A stretch of DNA of 64,000 nt, from assembly GCF_030028105.1 (NCBI RefSeq), contig NC_092370.1, positions 198,134,005 through 198,198,004 of the forward strand, given 5' to 3'. Below, in pieces: positions 24,730 through 38,100 of this stretch (position 1 is the first letter of the stretch; each line of letters starts with the position of its first letter). The position numbers and the translations under genes are program-made. This stretch comes from Mobula birostris (Eukaryota). The notes under the pieces are model-generated. The model saw only the letters and a program-made list of their open reading frames with translations. It had not been told where the DNA came from and did not search any database.

Positions 24730-26340
24730 ACATTTAGCTAAAGTTGATGTGAGGTCCCTCATGAACAGATACAAAAGACGTTATATAATAGAATAAAGCA
24801 TTGGCAGTAAAACACCTTCTTTATGACTATCTTCACGAAAGGTACAGGAATCTCCTGGCATCCTAGAAATAGTGAAGTTACAGTGAGGTAATGTTGCAAC
24901 TCTATAAAACTCTGGTTAGAACACGCCGGGAGTACTGTGTTCAGTTCTAGTCACCCCATTTTGGAAGGATGTGGAAGTTTTACAAAGGTTGCAGAGGAGA
25001 CTAACCAGGATGCTACCTAGACTAAACAGCATGTCTTAAGGCCATAAAATATAGGTGCAGAAGTAGGCCGTTCAGCCCATTGAGTCTGCTCCACCATTTC
25101 ATTATGGCCAATCCATTTCCCACTTAACCCTACTCTCCTGCCTTCTTCTCATAACCTTTCAAGCCCTGACTAATCAAGATCATATCAACCTCCACCTTAA
25201 ATACACCCAATGACCCAGCCTCCATAGCCAGCTGTGGCACCAAATTCCACAAATTCCCCACCCTTTGGCTAAAGAAATTCCACCTCATCTCCATTCTAAA
25301 TGAACATCCGTCTGTTTTGAGGCTGGACCTTCTGGTCCGAGTCTCTCCCCCCAGAGGAAACATTCTTTCCACATCCACTCTATCGAGCCCTTTTAACATT
25401 TGATAGGATTCAATGAGATCCCCCCTATCCTTCTAAACACCAGCGAGTAAAGGCCTAGAGCCACCAATCCCTCGTCATTTGATAAGCCTTTCATTCCTGC
25501 ATAGTTGAGTGAGCTAAGGCTTTTCTCTTTAGCAAATCTGTTTAGGGTTTTTTGAGGGTGTAATTAGCAGAATATGTAAAGAGGAACCAATGGACACAGG
25601 GCATCTGTGTTTTCAGAAGATCTTTAATGATGTGCACAAGAAATGATTAAATTACATTGGAATGCATGTGATTGAGGTAATTTGCTGTTTAATGGCAGAG
25701 TGCAGAAAGTTGGAGTAAAGTGGTTGTTTGGTGGGGGGTGGGAGGCTGTGGCCAATAGGATGTCCGTGCATACCAATTATTAAATGTTAAAATTCACTTT
25801 CTGCAAGCAGTTAGGAGGAGAAATCTTTAGTGTAAGAGGATTTCAGTCAACTTGCTGCAATTATACGGAACTGTGGAGAGTATTATGCGCGGGTCTGTTG
25901 TCCCACCTGAAGTAAGTATACATATGTGAGAGGGTGAGGTGTCACCAGAGTGATTCCTGGTATTGGCCGTTTGTCATGCGACGGGGGATTAAGCAGATGG
26001 GGCCTAGATTGTCAGGAAATGTTAACCCTGAACGATGATCTCACCAGAAAATATATTCTGTACTTGATTCAATGGCGATAGCTCCCTTGGCTGGGGTGTT
26101 GAGAATGGGAGGTCATTTTTGCAATTCAGGACAGAAATGAGGAATGTCAGAAGCAAATGAATCTTTGAAATTCTCTGCCCAAGAGGCTTAAGGAGATTCG
26201 GTTCCTGAGATTATTCAGATTTGTAGATTTAAGGGAATCAAGGGCTGAGCTAAAAGATCAGCCATGGTTTTATGAAAGGTTTAGCAGTTCTGTAGGGTTG
26301 AATGGGCTGTTCCTGCTTCAGTTTGTTATGCTGTAGTGAG
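24730..26340 (+). mobile_element. Cluster of old CR1 fragments with a nested minus-strand CR1 3' end (about 25040-25500)
   Basis: ORF 25130-25399 (-) LKGLDRVDVERMFP...FFSQRVGNLWN; flanking plus-strand CR1 remnants. Confidence 0.75.
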
Positions 26341-27461
26341 ATGCGAGGTGTGACAATTCCTGATGGGTTAAACAGGAAACAAATACAAAGGAAGACCTGC
26401 TGTGTCTGAAAAGAACTGTGTCAGCCCCTCGTGTCTGTGCAGTCCAGCAAACTCAGATATCCTCAGTAATGCAGTGCAGGCATTATGATTGATCTCACAA
26501 ACCCTTTTCACTTCCCCCTCCACACTAGAAATTATTATAATGCTTTATGATAGGTGTCCACTGCAGCTTTTATAATATGTTAGGTGTAGGACTATTCCAC
26601 AGTGTTAGGAGACCATTTAGTATTTGGGAAATCAGATCTGAGCCTGAGTTCATCCTTGCTGGATTCCCACCTAAACATTCCAACAGTAGAGCACAGACGA
26701 TTGATCCATCATGGAATGTCAGTCTGATGTCAAGCTGATTTAAAAAAAATGAAACCAATGATCCCATCACAACTGAGAGAAGTTCATTAGGAACAAACTA
26801 TGAACCCTGAACCTGGATTATGCTGCAATTAATTACTTATGGCCGCACCACTCAAGGAATTCTTCAATCTATTGGTAGAGTATCTGAAAAACATTCAATA
26901 TTTTATTTCTTTAACTTCTTAGAAAGATAAATATTTTTCCTCATTACAAAGAAAAGGAATGTGACAGAAGTTAAGTGGCTATAATAGCTGGAAATATTAC
27001 TTTAAGTACACTTAAAATACTTCAAAGTTGAAGAAACTTTTTTCATTTCTAAAGCCGTTCAGGTCATAGTAATGAGCATGCTTTGATATTCTGTAATCAT
27101 ACTTCAAACAGAAATTGTAGGTTGCCATCCATGATAAGGCTGCTTGGGTGACACCACTTGACATTGTACAGCATTTGTCAGTTTTATTTAATGTCTCTGT
27201 ATGCATTGATCCAGGTGTGAATCAAATGTCTTCCTGCAGGAGGTGTGGGCAGAAATATATTCTCTTTCATTGATAGATAATTCAAGTGGAAGTAAATTAC
27301 ATCTTGTTAGAAGTAGGCTGACATTGTGCTTGGTGGAAGATTAAAAGCAGAATATCAAAGAGAAACTGTCTTCATTAATTACCATTTTAAAAAGGCCCAG
27401 AAATTTGTCAATGTATGAAAAAAGGCTACAAATGGCAATCTGTTGTTTGGACACACATTAC

Positions 27462-28566
27462 ACACAATCTCCCCCATTTCACGTACATCTGCTCTCACTC
27501 CATCCTCCCGCCACCCCACTAGGAATAGTGTTCCCCTGGTCCTCACCTACCACCCCACCAGCCTCCGGGTCCAACATATAATTCTCCGTAACTTCCGCCA
27601 CCTCCAACGGGATCCCACCACCAAGCACATCTTTCCCTCCCCCCTCTTTCTGCTTTCTGCAGGGATCGCTCCCTATGCGACTCCCTTGTCCATTCGTCCA
27701 CCCCATCCCTTCCCACCGATCTCTCTCCCGGCACTTATCCCTGTAAGTGGAACAAGTGCTACACATGCCCTTACACTTCCTCCCTCACCACCATTCAGGG
27801 CCCCAGACAGTCCTTCCAGGTGAGGCGACACGTCACCTGTGAGTCGGCTGGGGTGATATACTGCGTCTGGTGCTCCCGATGTGGCCTTCTATATATTGGC
27901 GTGACCTGACGCAGACTGGGAGACTGTTTTGCTGAACACCTACGCTCTGTCTGCCAGAGAAAGCAGGATCTCCCAGTGGCCACACATTTTAATTCCACAT
28001 CCCATTCCCATTCTGACATGTCTATCCACGGCCTCCTCTACTGTAAAGATGAAGCCACACCCAGGGTGGAGGAACAACACCTTATATTCCGTCTGGGTAG
28101 CCTCCAACCTGATGGCATGAACATCGACTTCTCTAACTTCCGCTAATGTCCCTCCTCCCCTTCTTACCCCATCCGTTATTTATTGATTGATTTCCCCCTT
28201 TCTTTTTCTCTCTCTGTCGCTCTCACTGTATGCTCTGATGCTCCCCTCCCCATTTCTTTCTCCCTGGGTCTCCTGTCCCATGATCCTCTTCCTTGTCCAG
28301 CCTTGTATCTTTTTGCCAATCACCTGTCCAACTCTTGGCTCCATCCCTCCCCCTCCTGTCTTCTCCTATCATTTTGGATCTCCCTCTCCCCCTCCCACTT
28401 TCTAATCTCTTACTATCTCTTCTTTCCATTAGTCCTGACGAAGGGTCTCAGCCCGAAACATCAACTGTACCTCTTCCTAGAGATGCTGCCTGGCCTGCTG
28501 CATTTCACCAGCATTTTGTGTGTGTGTTGCTTGAATTTCCAGCATCTGCAGATTTCCTCGTGTTTG
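27462..28566 (+). mobile_element. Penelope-like element 3' part (GIY-YIG endonuclease plus pLTR)
   Basis: VPLVLTYHP; CESAGVIYCVWCSRCGLLYIG; hammerhead motif 28431-28466. Confidence 0.92.
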
Positions 28567-28822
28567 TGTTTTTAAACACACAATTAATGACTGCCCTTGT
28601 CTCTGCCATCTATTATGAAGGAAGTGGGAGAGAATGAAAAAGTGTGGGGGTGGGGGGAGCAAGGATCAATGTGGAGAAGGATAGAGAAGGTGGGGAAGTG
28701 TAGGGAAACTTGGTTTTCAAGAGATATTGAGGCCCTGGTTAAGAGAAAAAAGGAGATGCATAGCAGGTATAGGCAAGTAGGAACAACTGAGGTGCTAATG
28801 GAGTACAAGAAATGCAAGAGAA

Positions 28823-29155
28823 ATGCAAATACATGCCCTTTTCTCACTGTTACCATCAGGTAGGAGATACAGAAGCCTGAAGGCACACACTCAGCAATTC
28901 AGGAACAGCTTCTTCCCCTCTGCCATCCAATTCCTAAATGGACATTGAACCCTTGGACACTACCTCACTTCTTAAATCTATATTATTTCTGTTTTTTTTT
29001 TGCACAATTTTAAGTCTATTTGATATACGTATACTGTAATTGATTTATTTATTTATTTATTTTTTCTTCTATATTATGTATTGCATTGAACTGCTGCTGC
29101 TAAGATAACAAATTTCACAACACATGCCGGTGATAATAAAGCTGATTCTGATTCT
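28823..29155 (+). mobile_element. Rex1/Babar 3' end nested in CR1
   Basis: HALFSLLPSG coding; aataaagctgattctgattctg tail; possible TSD GAGAA 28818-28822 / 29156-29160. Confidence 0.8.
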
Positions 29156-29564
29156 GAGAACACTTCAGAAAGAAATCAGGAAGGCTAAAAGAAGGCATGA
29201 AGTTGCTCTAGCAGACAAGGTGAAGGTGAATCCTAAGGGATTCTACAGATATGATAAGAGCAAAAGGATTGCAAGGGACATAATGGGTCCCCTGGAAGAT
29301 CAGGATGGCAATCCATGTGTGGAGCCAAAACAAATGGGGAGATCTTAGATAGATTCTTTGTATCTGTATTTACTCAGGAGAAGGATACAGAGTCTTTAGG
29401 CAAAGCAGCATCAACTTCAGGTTACAGAGGAGGAGGTGTTTGCTGCCCTGAGGCAAATCAGGGTGGTTAAATCTCCAGAGCCAGATAAGGTGTTCCCTCA
29501 GACCCTACAGGAGGCAAGTGCAGAGATTGCCAGGTCCTTAGGAGAGATATTTAAAACACCCTTA

Positions 29565-29814
29565 GTCCTTCCTAGCGTGTCGCAGCTGACAGTCAACCAT
29601 TCTTGTCTGGCGCGTAGTGTCAGGATTGGTCTCCTTTCGGATTAACCGGGTCACGATATTAACGTTCCTGACTCGACCCTTGTTTTTTACGAGGCTGAGT
29701 GGCTAGCTCGACGCTCAACCCGGCACGGATGGAAAGTGTACTCGGGGGGTGGCCCGACTTGGATTCGAACTCGGGAGCCTTCGCTCTGAAGTCTGGCGCT
29801 GATGCCACTGTGCC
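29565..29814 (-). mobile_element. tRNA-derived SINE, probably with an RTE-type body and tail
   Basis: Minus-strand A box GTGGCACAGTGG (29805-29816) and B box GAGTTCGAATCC (29761-29772); TSD ACACCCTTA 29556-29564 / ACATCCTTA 29815-29823; CpG-rich. Confidence 0.85.
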
Positions 29815-30024
29815 ACATCCTTACTGACAGGAGAGGTGCCAGAGGGTTGGAGGATAGCCAGTGTTGTGCCGCTACTTAAGGAAGTCTCTAAACATAAACC
29901 AGGAAATCATAGGCTGGTCAATCTGACATCAGTAGTAGGAAAGTTATTGAAAGGTGCTCTAAGGGACTGGATATATAAGTATTTGGATAGACATGGACTG
30001 ATTAAGGATAGTCAGCATGACTTA

Positions 30025-30667
30025 CATAGAAACATAGAAAATAGGTGCAGGAGTAGGCCATTCAGCCCTTCGAGCCTGCATCGCCATTTATTATGATCAT
30101 GGCTGATCATCCAACTCAGAACCCTGCCCCAGCCTTCCCTCCATACCCCCTGATCCCCGTAGCCACAAGGGCCATATGTAACTCCCTCTTAAATATAGCT
30201 AATGAACTGGTCTCAACTGTTTCCTGCGGCAGAGAATTCCACAGATTCACCACTCTCTGTGTGAAGAAGTTTTTCCTAATCTCGGTCCTAAAAGGCTTCC
30301 CCTTTATCCTCAAACTGTGACCCCTCGTTCTGGACTTCCCCAACATCGGGAGCAATCTTCCTGCATCTAGCCTGTCCAATCCCTTTAGGAATTTATACGT
30401 TTCAGTCAGATCCCCCCTCAATCTTCTAAATTCCAACAAGTACAAGCCCAGTTCATCCAGTCTTTCTTCATATGAAAGTCCTACCATCCCAGGAATCAAT
30501 CTGGTGAACCTTCTTTGTACTCCCTCTATGGCAAGGATGTCTTTCCTCAGATTAGGGGACCAAAACTGCACACAATACTCCAGGTGTGGTCTCACCAAGG
30601 CCTTGTACAACTGCAGTAGTACCTCCCTGCTCCTGTACTCGAATCCTCTCGCTATAAATGCCAGCAT
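30025..30667 (-). mobile_element. Young CR1 3' fragment, same subfamily as 21395-23645
   Basis: Open frame MLAFIARGFEYRSREV...YGGKAGAGF nearly identical to the translation of 22995-23546; (catagaaa)n tail. Confidence 0.95.
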
Positions 30668-32784
30668 GCATGGTAGGTCATGTCTAACCAATCTTGTAGA
30701 GTTTGAGGAAATTACCAGGAAGGTAAATGTAGGCAAGACAGTTGATACTTCTTACATGGCCTTTAGTAAGGCAGTTGACAAGGGTCCACGTGGGAGGCTG
30801 GTCAAGATGGTTCAGTTGCTCGGCATTCAGGATGAGCTAGTAAATCGGATTAGACATTGGCTTTGTGGGAGAAGACAGAGAGTGTTGCTTCTTTGACTCG
30901 AGGCCTTTGACTAGTGATGTGCCACAAAAATTGGTGCTGGCCCCTTCATTGTTTAGCATCCAGATCAAGGTTCTGGATGGTAATGTGGTTAACTGGATCA
31001 GCTGATTTGCGGATGTAACTAAGATTGGGGGTGTAGAGGACAGTGAGGAAGGCTGTCATGGCTTGCAGAGGGATCAGCATCAACTGGAAAATGTGCTGAA
31101 AAATGGCAGATGGAATTTAATGCAGTCAAGTGCAAGGTCTTGTACTTTGGTAGGACCAACCAGGGTAGGTCTTACACAATGAGCGATAGGGCACTGAAGA
31201 AGGTAGTAGAACAGAGGGATCTGGGATTGCAGGTTCATAATTTGTTGAGAAAGTGGCATCACAGGTAGATTGGGTCATAAAGAAAGCTTTTGACACATTG
31301 GCCTTCATAAATCAAAGAATTGAATGCAGGAGATGGAATGTTATGTTGAAATTGTATAAGGTGTTGGTGAGTCCTAATTTGGAGTATTGTGTGCAGTTTT
31401 GGTCACCTACCTACAGGAAAGATGTAAACATGGTTGAAAGAGTACGGAGAAAATTTACAAAGATGTTGCCAGAACTGGAAGGCCGAAGTTATAACGAAAC
31501 ACTGAATAAGTTAGGACTTTATTCCTTGGAATGTAGAAGATTGAGAAGAGAAATGATAGGGGTATACAAAATTATGAGGGGTATAGATAGGGTAAATGCA
31601 GGCAGGCTTTTTCCACTGAGAGTGGGTGGGATTACAACCAAAGGTCATAGGTTAAGGTAAAAAATGAAAAGTTTAAGGGGAGCATGAGGGGTTGCTTCTT
31701 CACTCAGAGGGTTGTGAGAGTGTGGAATGAGCTGCCAGCACAAGTGGTGCATGCGCTCTCGATTTCAACAGTTAAGAGAAGTTTGGGTAGGTACATGGAG
31801 AGTAGGGATATGGAGGGCTATGGCCCTGGTGCAGATCGATGGGAGTAGACAATTTAAATGCTTTTGGTCTTGACTAGTTGGGCCAAAGGGCCTGTTTCTG
31901 TGCTGTACTTCTCTATAACTCTAAGAGATAATGTTCCAAGTGGGTGGGATCTTTAATTGTGCTGGCTACTCTACTGACTCAGCGAAGAGTAGAGACAAAG
32001 TCCATGGAGGAGAGGTTGATTTAGTGACAATTTATAAGAGGTTTTTTTGGGGGGGTGGAGTAAGGATCATGAAAAGATTCTATACTAGATTAGCATCTCA
32101 TTTGCATATCAATGTTTGACATGATCTTTTAAAACCTTCTGAGAGAAGCAGTCAGCGTAATGACTTACAGCATCACTTTCTCCGACAGTAGAGTGCATTG
32201 TTGTCATCTGGTCTCTCCTGGCATTGAAGTAGGACATTGCCCAATGATGGTGACAGGGAATCTGCGATGTTATACAATAGGTCTGTGTGAAAGCTTTGTT
32301 ACACTGAACTTAAACAAGGCTATGTATATAACAAAGCAGGGAGAAGTAAAAGAACACATGTAACTAGTTTATTTAACTTCCTAACCACACCATCCACCTC
32401 CAATTTTTTTTGTATACACCCGTTCGCTGGAAATTTAAGTTGCTTATTTGGCATGTTAGAAATTAAACTTGTCATCAGAGCATTAGCCTTTGGATTATTC
32501 TTCCAGTAATTTAATTAATTTTCAACTGTAAATGTCTTAGCACTTCTGACTAAATAATCTGTTCCAAAACAAGATGAAACATAAAGAGAAACAACTTTTA
32601 TGAATCATTGCAATTAATTTATAAGAAGATTAGGACTTTTTAGTTTCAGTAATTAGCAATTAGCATCAAGTGAGGCATTGTTAGTCTTCTGATTGGATAC
32701 TTTTCTTCATTTCTGTAAAGCAAGAATTTTGTTAAATAAATTTATGTTACAATAAATGACTCATGCATATATGTATCTTTGCAA

Positions 32785-32880
32785 ATCTTTCCATAGATGC
32801 TGCCTGACCTGCTGAGTTCCTCCAGCATTTTGTGTGTGTTGCTTGGATTTCCAGCATCCACAGATTTTTTTTCTTGTTTG
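32785..32880 (+). mobile_element. Penelope pLTR terminal fragment
   Basis: gatgctgcctgacctgctgagttcctccagcattttgtgtgtgttgcttggatttccagcatc. Confidence 0.8.
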
Positions 32881-34552
32881 TACATCTTACTACCTTACAA
32901 TTGCTGAGACTAAAGTAAAAGTACATATCCTGCAGGTATATTCCATCTTAAAAATGCAACTTGTATCAAATCCAGGAAAATATTTACTGATTCTAATGAA
33001 AAATAAAGCTAAGTATTGTGTGGCTAATTGAAAAACATTGAGGTATCTCATAACTGCAAGTCAATTCCCTCAATTATACATAGCCTCCCTGTCTGTTGTA
33101 ACAAAAGTACATATTAGTTCTTATCCATGAAATGACAATCTGGAGTAGAAGATAGAAAGTGTTCAGAAGTACATGTGCGAAGCACAAGTGTCTGCCAGAA
33201 AAATAATTGAAAAGAGCAATTCTCAAACATTTTTGCAGTTGGTGTCAGGTGATTATGCATGGCAGTCAATACTTTTTGTTAGGCTCTAGGGTTGTCATTC
33301 AGTGTTTCTCAATTGAATATCTCCTTTAGATCTTTCAAGGTTATGATGAGGTTCTTTTTTTTGAAGGACAATGAGAAGCCATTGTGTATTCAGATCTTTT
33401 CATCATATCTGTTAGGTCTCCCATCGTTGAAAGAATGTCAAACTAGCTATTCCAATAATTGGTGGAGATGTGATTCATTTGGGGAAATAAAGTGCTGGAA
33501 ACTTTTCACTTTACAGATTTACAATGGATAGTAATCCTCTGAAATACACTTGAGTTATTATGTGTATAAATAATAAAGAACTTCAGTTCCCAGTGTGCAA
33601 TGCTGGCGGTTCACCTGGAACTAGAAGTGATGTTGGTGAGCTGGTTGCATCTGCTTGGGTCGAGCTGAAGCCATGAGCATGCACTGGTTGCATGCACTCG
33701 TTTGAAGCCCAAGCCAATTGCTGTAAATAAGTATGTGTTAGTTTTACCCATGCTGAATTTGTCTTCATTAAGAACAAACATAACATGATGTCAACAGTTG
33801 GCTTGAGGTCTAAGCACGGAGCGTAAATGAATACTGCGAGCGACTCAGAAAGAGGCGCTAGGCTCCGATGGAGAGAAATTGCCGGACAGGGAGCACTTAG
33901 TGTCTTGAAGCAGCCATTGTTCACTGAATTCACTGAGTGATTTAGGTGAGAGCCTGAAAATTCTGCCGAGGATAAGCTAAGTCCTCCTGCACCAATGCAG
34001 TTTACTGGCAATCTAACTGATAACTGGAAACGCTTCAAAGAGTGATTCAATATATAGTATATTTAGCAGCGAATAGAATGGGGGAGGGGGCAGATGAAAA
34101 GTTGAAAGTGTTTATCCTTCTACAGTTAATTAGCAAAGTTGTTTTTGGCATCTATAAAAGCTGTCAGGTTGATGAGACAACTTTTACATTGCACATTCTG
34201 ATGACAACATTTGAAGAGTATTTTGTCCCAAGTAAAAACATCATATTTGAAAGATATAAGTTGTTTAGCTGTCACCAGAAACAAGGTGTTAGTTTTGGCC
34301 AATATTTAGCTGAGCTTCACACACTGAATAAGTCCTGTGAGTTTGGAGATTTTGAGATACTCACTAGTTAGAGACAAAGTAGCTTGCGGAGCTTCCAATA
34401 ATGAGCCCCAAGAAAGATTTCTCTGCGAAAAAGATTTAATGCTGGAAAAGGCTGTGGTTATGTGTAGGGCAGCAGAGACCACACAATCACAAGCTGGGGA
34501 GCTGCACAGGGCCAAACACAAGATGTTTCCCAAAGCAACAGCATAGTAAAGA

Positions 34553-34680
34553 TGAGCCGATGTTTAGCGCCAGAACCATCGACTCATCTTTTCCACGGAT
34601 GCCGCCTGACCTGCTGAGTTCCTCCAGCGTGTTGTGAGTGTTGCTTTGACCCCAGCATCTGCAGAGTATTTTGTGTTTAA
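34553..34680 (+). mobile_element. Penelope pLTR terminal fragment nested in Gypsy gag
   Basis: TSD CATAGTAAAGA 34542-34552 / 34681-34691; ggatgccgcctgacctgctgagttcctccagc. Confidence 0.85.
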
Positions 34681-34837
34681 CATAGTAAAGAGGTAGGCTC
34701 AAACTGCAAATGCAGCAAAAATGGAGGTAGGCACATCCTAAAGACTTGTCATGCTTATGGAAAGTCCTGCAATAATTGTCAGAAGGGGAACCATTTTTCA
34801 AAATGCTGCAATGCTGGGGCCACCAAAATAAAGGTGA

Positions 34838-35128
34838 TTCTCCCTGGGCCTCCTGTCCCATGATCCTTTCATATCCCTTTTGCCCATTACCTGTCCAGCT
34901 CTTGGCTCCATTCCTCCCCCTCCTGTCTTCTCCTATTATTTTGGATCTCCCCCACCCCCTCCCACTTTCAAATCTCTTACTAGCTCTTCCTTCAGTTAGT
35001 CCTGACGAAGGGTCTCGGCCCGAAACGTCGACTGTACCTCTTCCTAGAGATGCTGCCTGGCCTGCTGCATTCACCAGCAACTTTGATGTGTGTTGCTTGA
35101 ATTTCCAGCGTCTGCAGAATTCCTTGTG
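34838..35128 (+). mobile_element. Penelope pLTR fragment nested in Gypsy gag
   Basis: TSD TAAAGGTGA 34829-34837 / 35129-35137; close match to about 28260-28560. Confidence 0.9.
34998..35033 (+). ncRNA. Minimal type I hammerhead ribozyme motif with intact core and GUC cleavage triplet
   Basis: AGUC-CUGACGA-A-GGGU(CUCG)GCCC-GAAA-C-GUC-GACU; predicted cut after 35029. Confidence 0.82.
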
Positions 35129-38100
35129 TAAAGGTGAATGTTGTTGCTGAGGAAATAGAGGAAGTTTTTGTAGACTGCTAGTGCTGATAAAACAGAATAG
35201 ATTGTTCCAATAACTATGGATGAGACAGTAATTCCATTCAAGCTTGATACTGGAGCACAGGTAAATCTGTTATCTATGGATGATTACAAAACTCAAAGTT
35301 AAGAGCAAGATTTACCCAGTGAAATTAAACGTGACAGACTATACTGGAGAGAATGTTCCATTAAATGGGGGCTGTATAGTGACCTTCAAGTCCAGCCAAT
35401 ATTAGGTCTGAGTGAATGTGAAAAGCTCAGCCTGGTGAAGAGAGTTTTCATAGTGGCTTCAAAGGCCAAAGATGACCACATTTCACTTATGGAAGAGTAT
35501 GCCGATGTCTTTGAGGGGCTTGAATACTTGCCAGGTGTACACAAAATTCATGTAGATGAGAATGTAGCTCCTGTTATCCACATATGCAGGACAGTTCTGT
35601 TTGCACTTAGAGACAAGCATAAACAAGACCTAGCACACATGGAACAGATACGTGTCATACAGAAAACTGAAGAACCAACAGATTGGGTGAGCTTATTAGT
35701 CATTGTGCAAAAGAAAAATGGAGCATTGTGGATATATCTAGACCCAAGAAACCTCAATAAAGCCATCAAGAGAGAGCATTTTAAATTGCCAACATGGGAG
35801 GAGATCAAGTCCCGGTTTGCAGGTGTCAAGTGGTTTAGCAAACTCAATGTGTCGTCTAGGTTTTGGCAGATGAATCTCAATGAGGCAAGTTCGTGACTGT
35901 GTACTTTTAACACACCGGAGGGAAGATATCATTTTCTTCGGTTACCATATGGGATCCTGTCTACACCCGAAGTCCATCATAAAACCATCCACAAGATCAC
36001 TGAGGGCATACCTGGTGTTGAGACCATGATGGATGGCATCATTGTCTGGGGGTCCACCAAGGAAGAAAATGATGCCCAACTGAGGCAGGTGCAAAATGTG
36101 AGATGGAATGTCCATTTGAAATTAAATAAAGAGGAACGTAAGTTTGGTGTTAAGACACTAACTTTCATAGGAGATGTCATATCAGAAGAGGGAGTGAAGC
36201 CTGACCCAAGAAGGGCATCAGCCATTGAGAACATGGAGAGGCCCCAAAACAAAGAGGAGGTGAGATATTTCCTGGGATGGTGATTTACCTGGCTAAGCTC
36301 ATCACTCAACCGTCCAGTGTGTCAGCACCACTTAGTTCACTCCTTGACCAGCAAAAGGAGTGGATTTAGTCTCATGAGTAAGAAGAGTGTTTCCAGAGGC
36401 TGAAAAGAATCCTACTGGCTGAGCCCCTGCTTAAGTTTTATGATCCAGAAAGGTGCCCTAGGGTCCTGGCTGATGCATCCCAGCATAGCCTTGGTGCAGT
36501 ACTACTGCAGCAGCATGATGACACATGGCAATATCTGGCCTATGCATCGAGCTTTAACATGTGTGGAAACAAACTATGCACAGATAGAAAAAGAGCATCT
36601 TGCCAGCACATGTGCATGTGAAAGTTCCATCAGTACATCTATGGACAAGCATTTGAAGTGGAGTCAGACCATAAACCACTGGTCTCAATTTTGTCCGAAC
36701 CACTGAGTGACTGTCCCATGAGGATACAGTGCACGTTGATAAGGTTGTAGAAATATGATGTGAAGATGACCTACACTCCAGGAAAATAGGGTTGCTGCTG
36801 ATGTGTTGTCTTGAGCATCGATAAGAAAGAAAAGAGTGACCATGAGATTAATATAGATATACAGGCCTAAGCTGACATGATTGTCACCTCCCTTCTAGTA
36901 CCTCCTGATAGCACAGAGGAGGTCAGAACAGCAGCAGGGAGAGATGAAACAATGAAGGTACTGAAAGAGAGATACAGAAAGGATGGCTGGCAACTAAGAG
37001 TGACTGTCCAATGGGTATTTGGGATTATTGGGTATGCAGAGCTGAACTCTGCAGGAGATATGATCTTCAAAGGGAACAGTTTTGTGATTCCAGTGTCGCT
37101 ACGCAAGGAAATGCTCCAGAAGATACATGAAGGGCATCTTAGTGAGGGAAAATGTAAGTGAAGAACTTCTGAAGTGATGGACTGGCCACAAATGAACCAG
37201 GACATCAGCCAGACCACTGCTTCATGTGAAATATGTCTTACCTACAGACCAAAGCAGCAAGCAGAACCGCTTACACCACACCCTGTAACAGGCAGGTCAT
37301 ACTTCAAAGCTGGAGTGGATTTGTTTGATTGTAATGGGAAGAGTTGCACTATTGTAACAGACTACTTTTCTAATTACCCGGAGGATGCAACACTGCAATC
37401 AACATCCAGCAAAGCAGTTATCACCTTCCTGAAAGCTGTTTGTGAGTCATGGAGTTCCATGTGAAATGGTATCAGACAATGGTCCACAATTTTTGAGTTG
37501 TGAATTTGAGCCCTTTGCTAATTATTGGGGATTTTGACATATAACTTCAAGCCCATATCACCCAAAATCTAATGGCCTAGCAGAGAGTTTGTTCAAGGTA
37601 GTAAAAGGTCTCATGAAGAAGGAGCAAGATGGACAAGAGGTCTTCCACAAAAGTCTGATGATCTACAGAAGTGGTCACTGCAGAATGGACTTGCAGTAGC
37701 CCAAATGCTGATGGGTCGACACATACACACTAACCTTCCAGTACACGAAAACCCTTTGACACCTAAAGGGACAGTCAAGGTCAAATTGGCTAAAGAGAAA
37801 GGGAAAGATAAATAGAAATAATAATTGTAACAAGGGTGTGAAAAGCCTACCAGTCTTGAAACCTAGAGATCAAGTGTAAATCTGAGATCATGATTTCGAC
37901 ACATGGTCTATGCAGGATATGTGCAAAAGGAAGCTGTTCCATGTTCCTACCAGATGCAGACAGAGCGAGGAACACTACTGAGAAAGATCTATGACCACCA
38001 GCTTCAAGCCATAGCTGTGACACTTCACCTGTCAGTACACCAAAGGGGTCAGCAGATTGTTCCGAGTTCTCAGAAAGACACTAATATTAACACAGCAAGT

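Larger units (their letters stand above)
28700..31923 (+). mobile_element. Decayed CR1 LINE hosting three nested insertions
   Basis: NPKGFYRY, WRIASVVPL, LEYCVQFWSP; CR1 3' tail at about 31885-31923. Confidence 0.9.

Noticed and set aside
29761-29816. tRNA gene
   Set aside because: A and B boxes belong to a SINE head with a TSD; no complete acceptor stem is evident.
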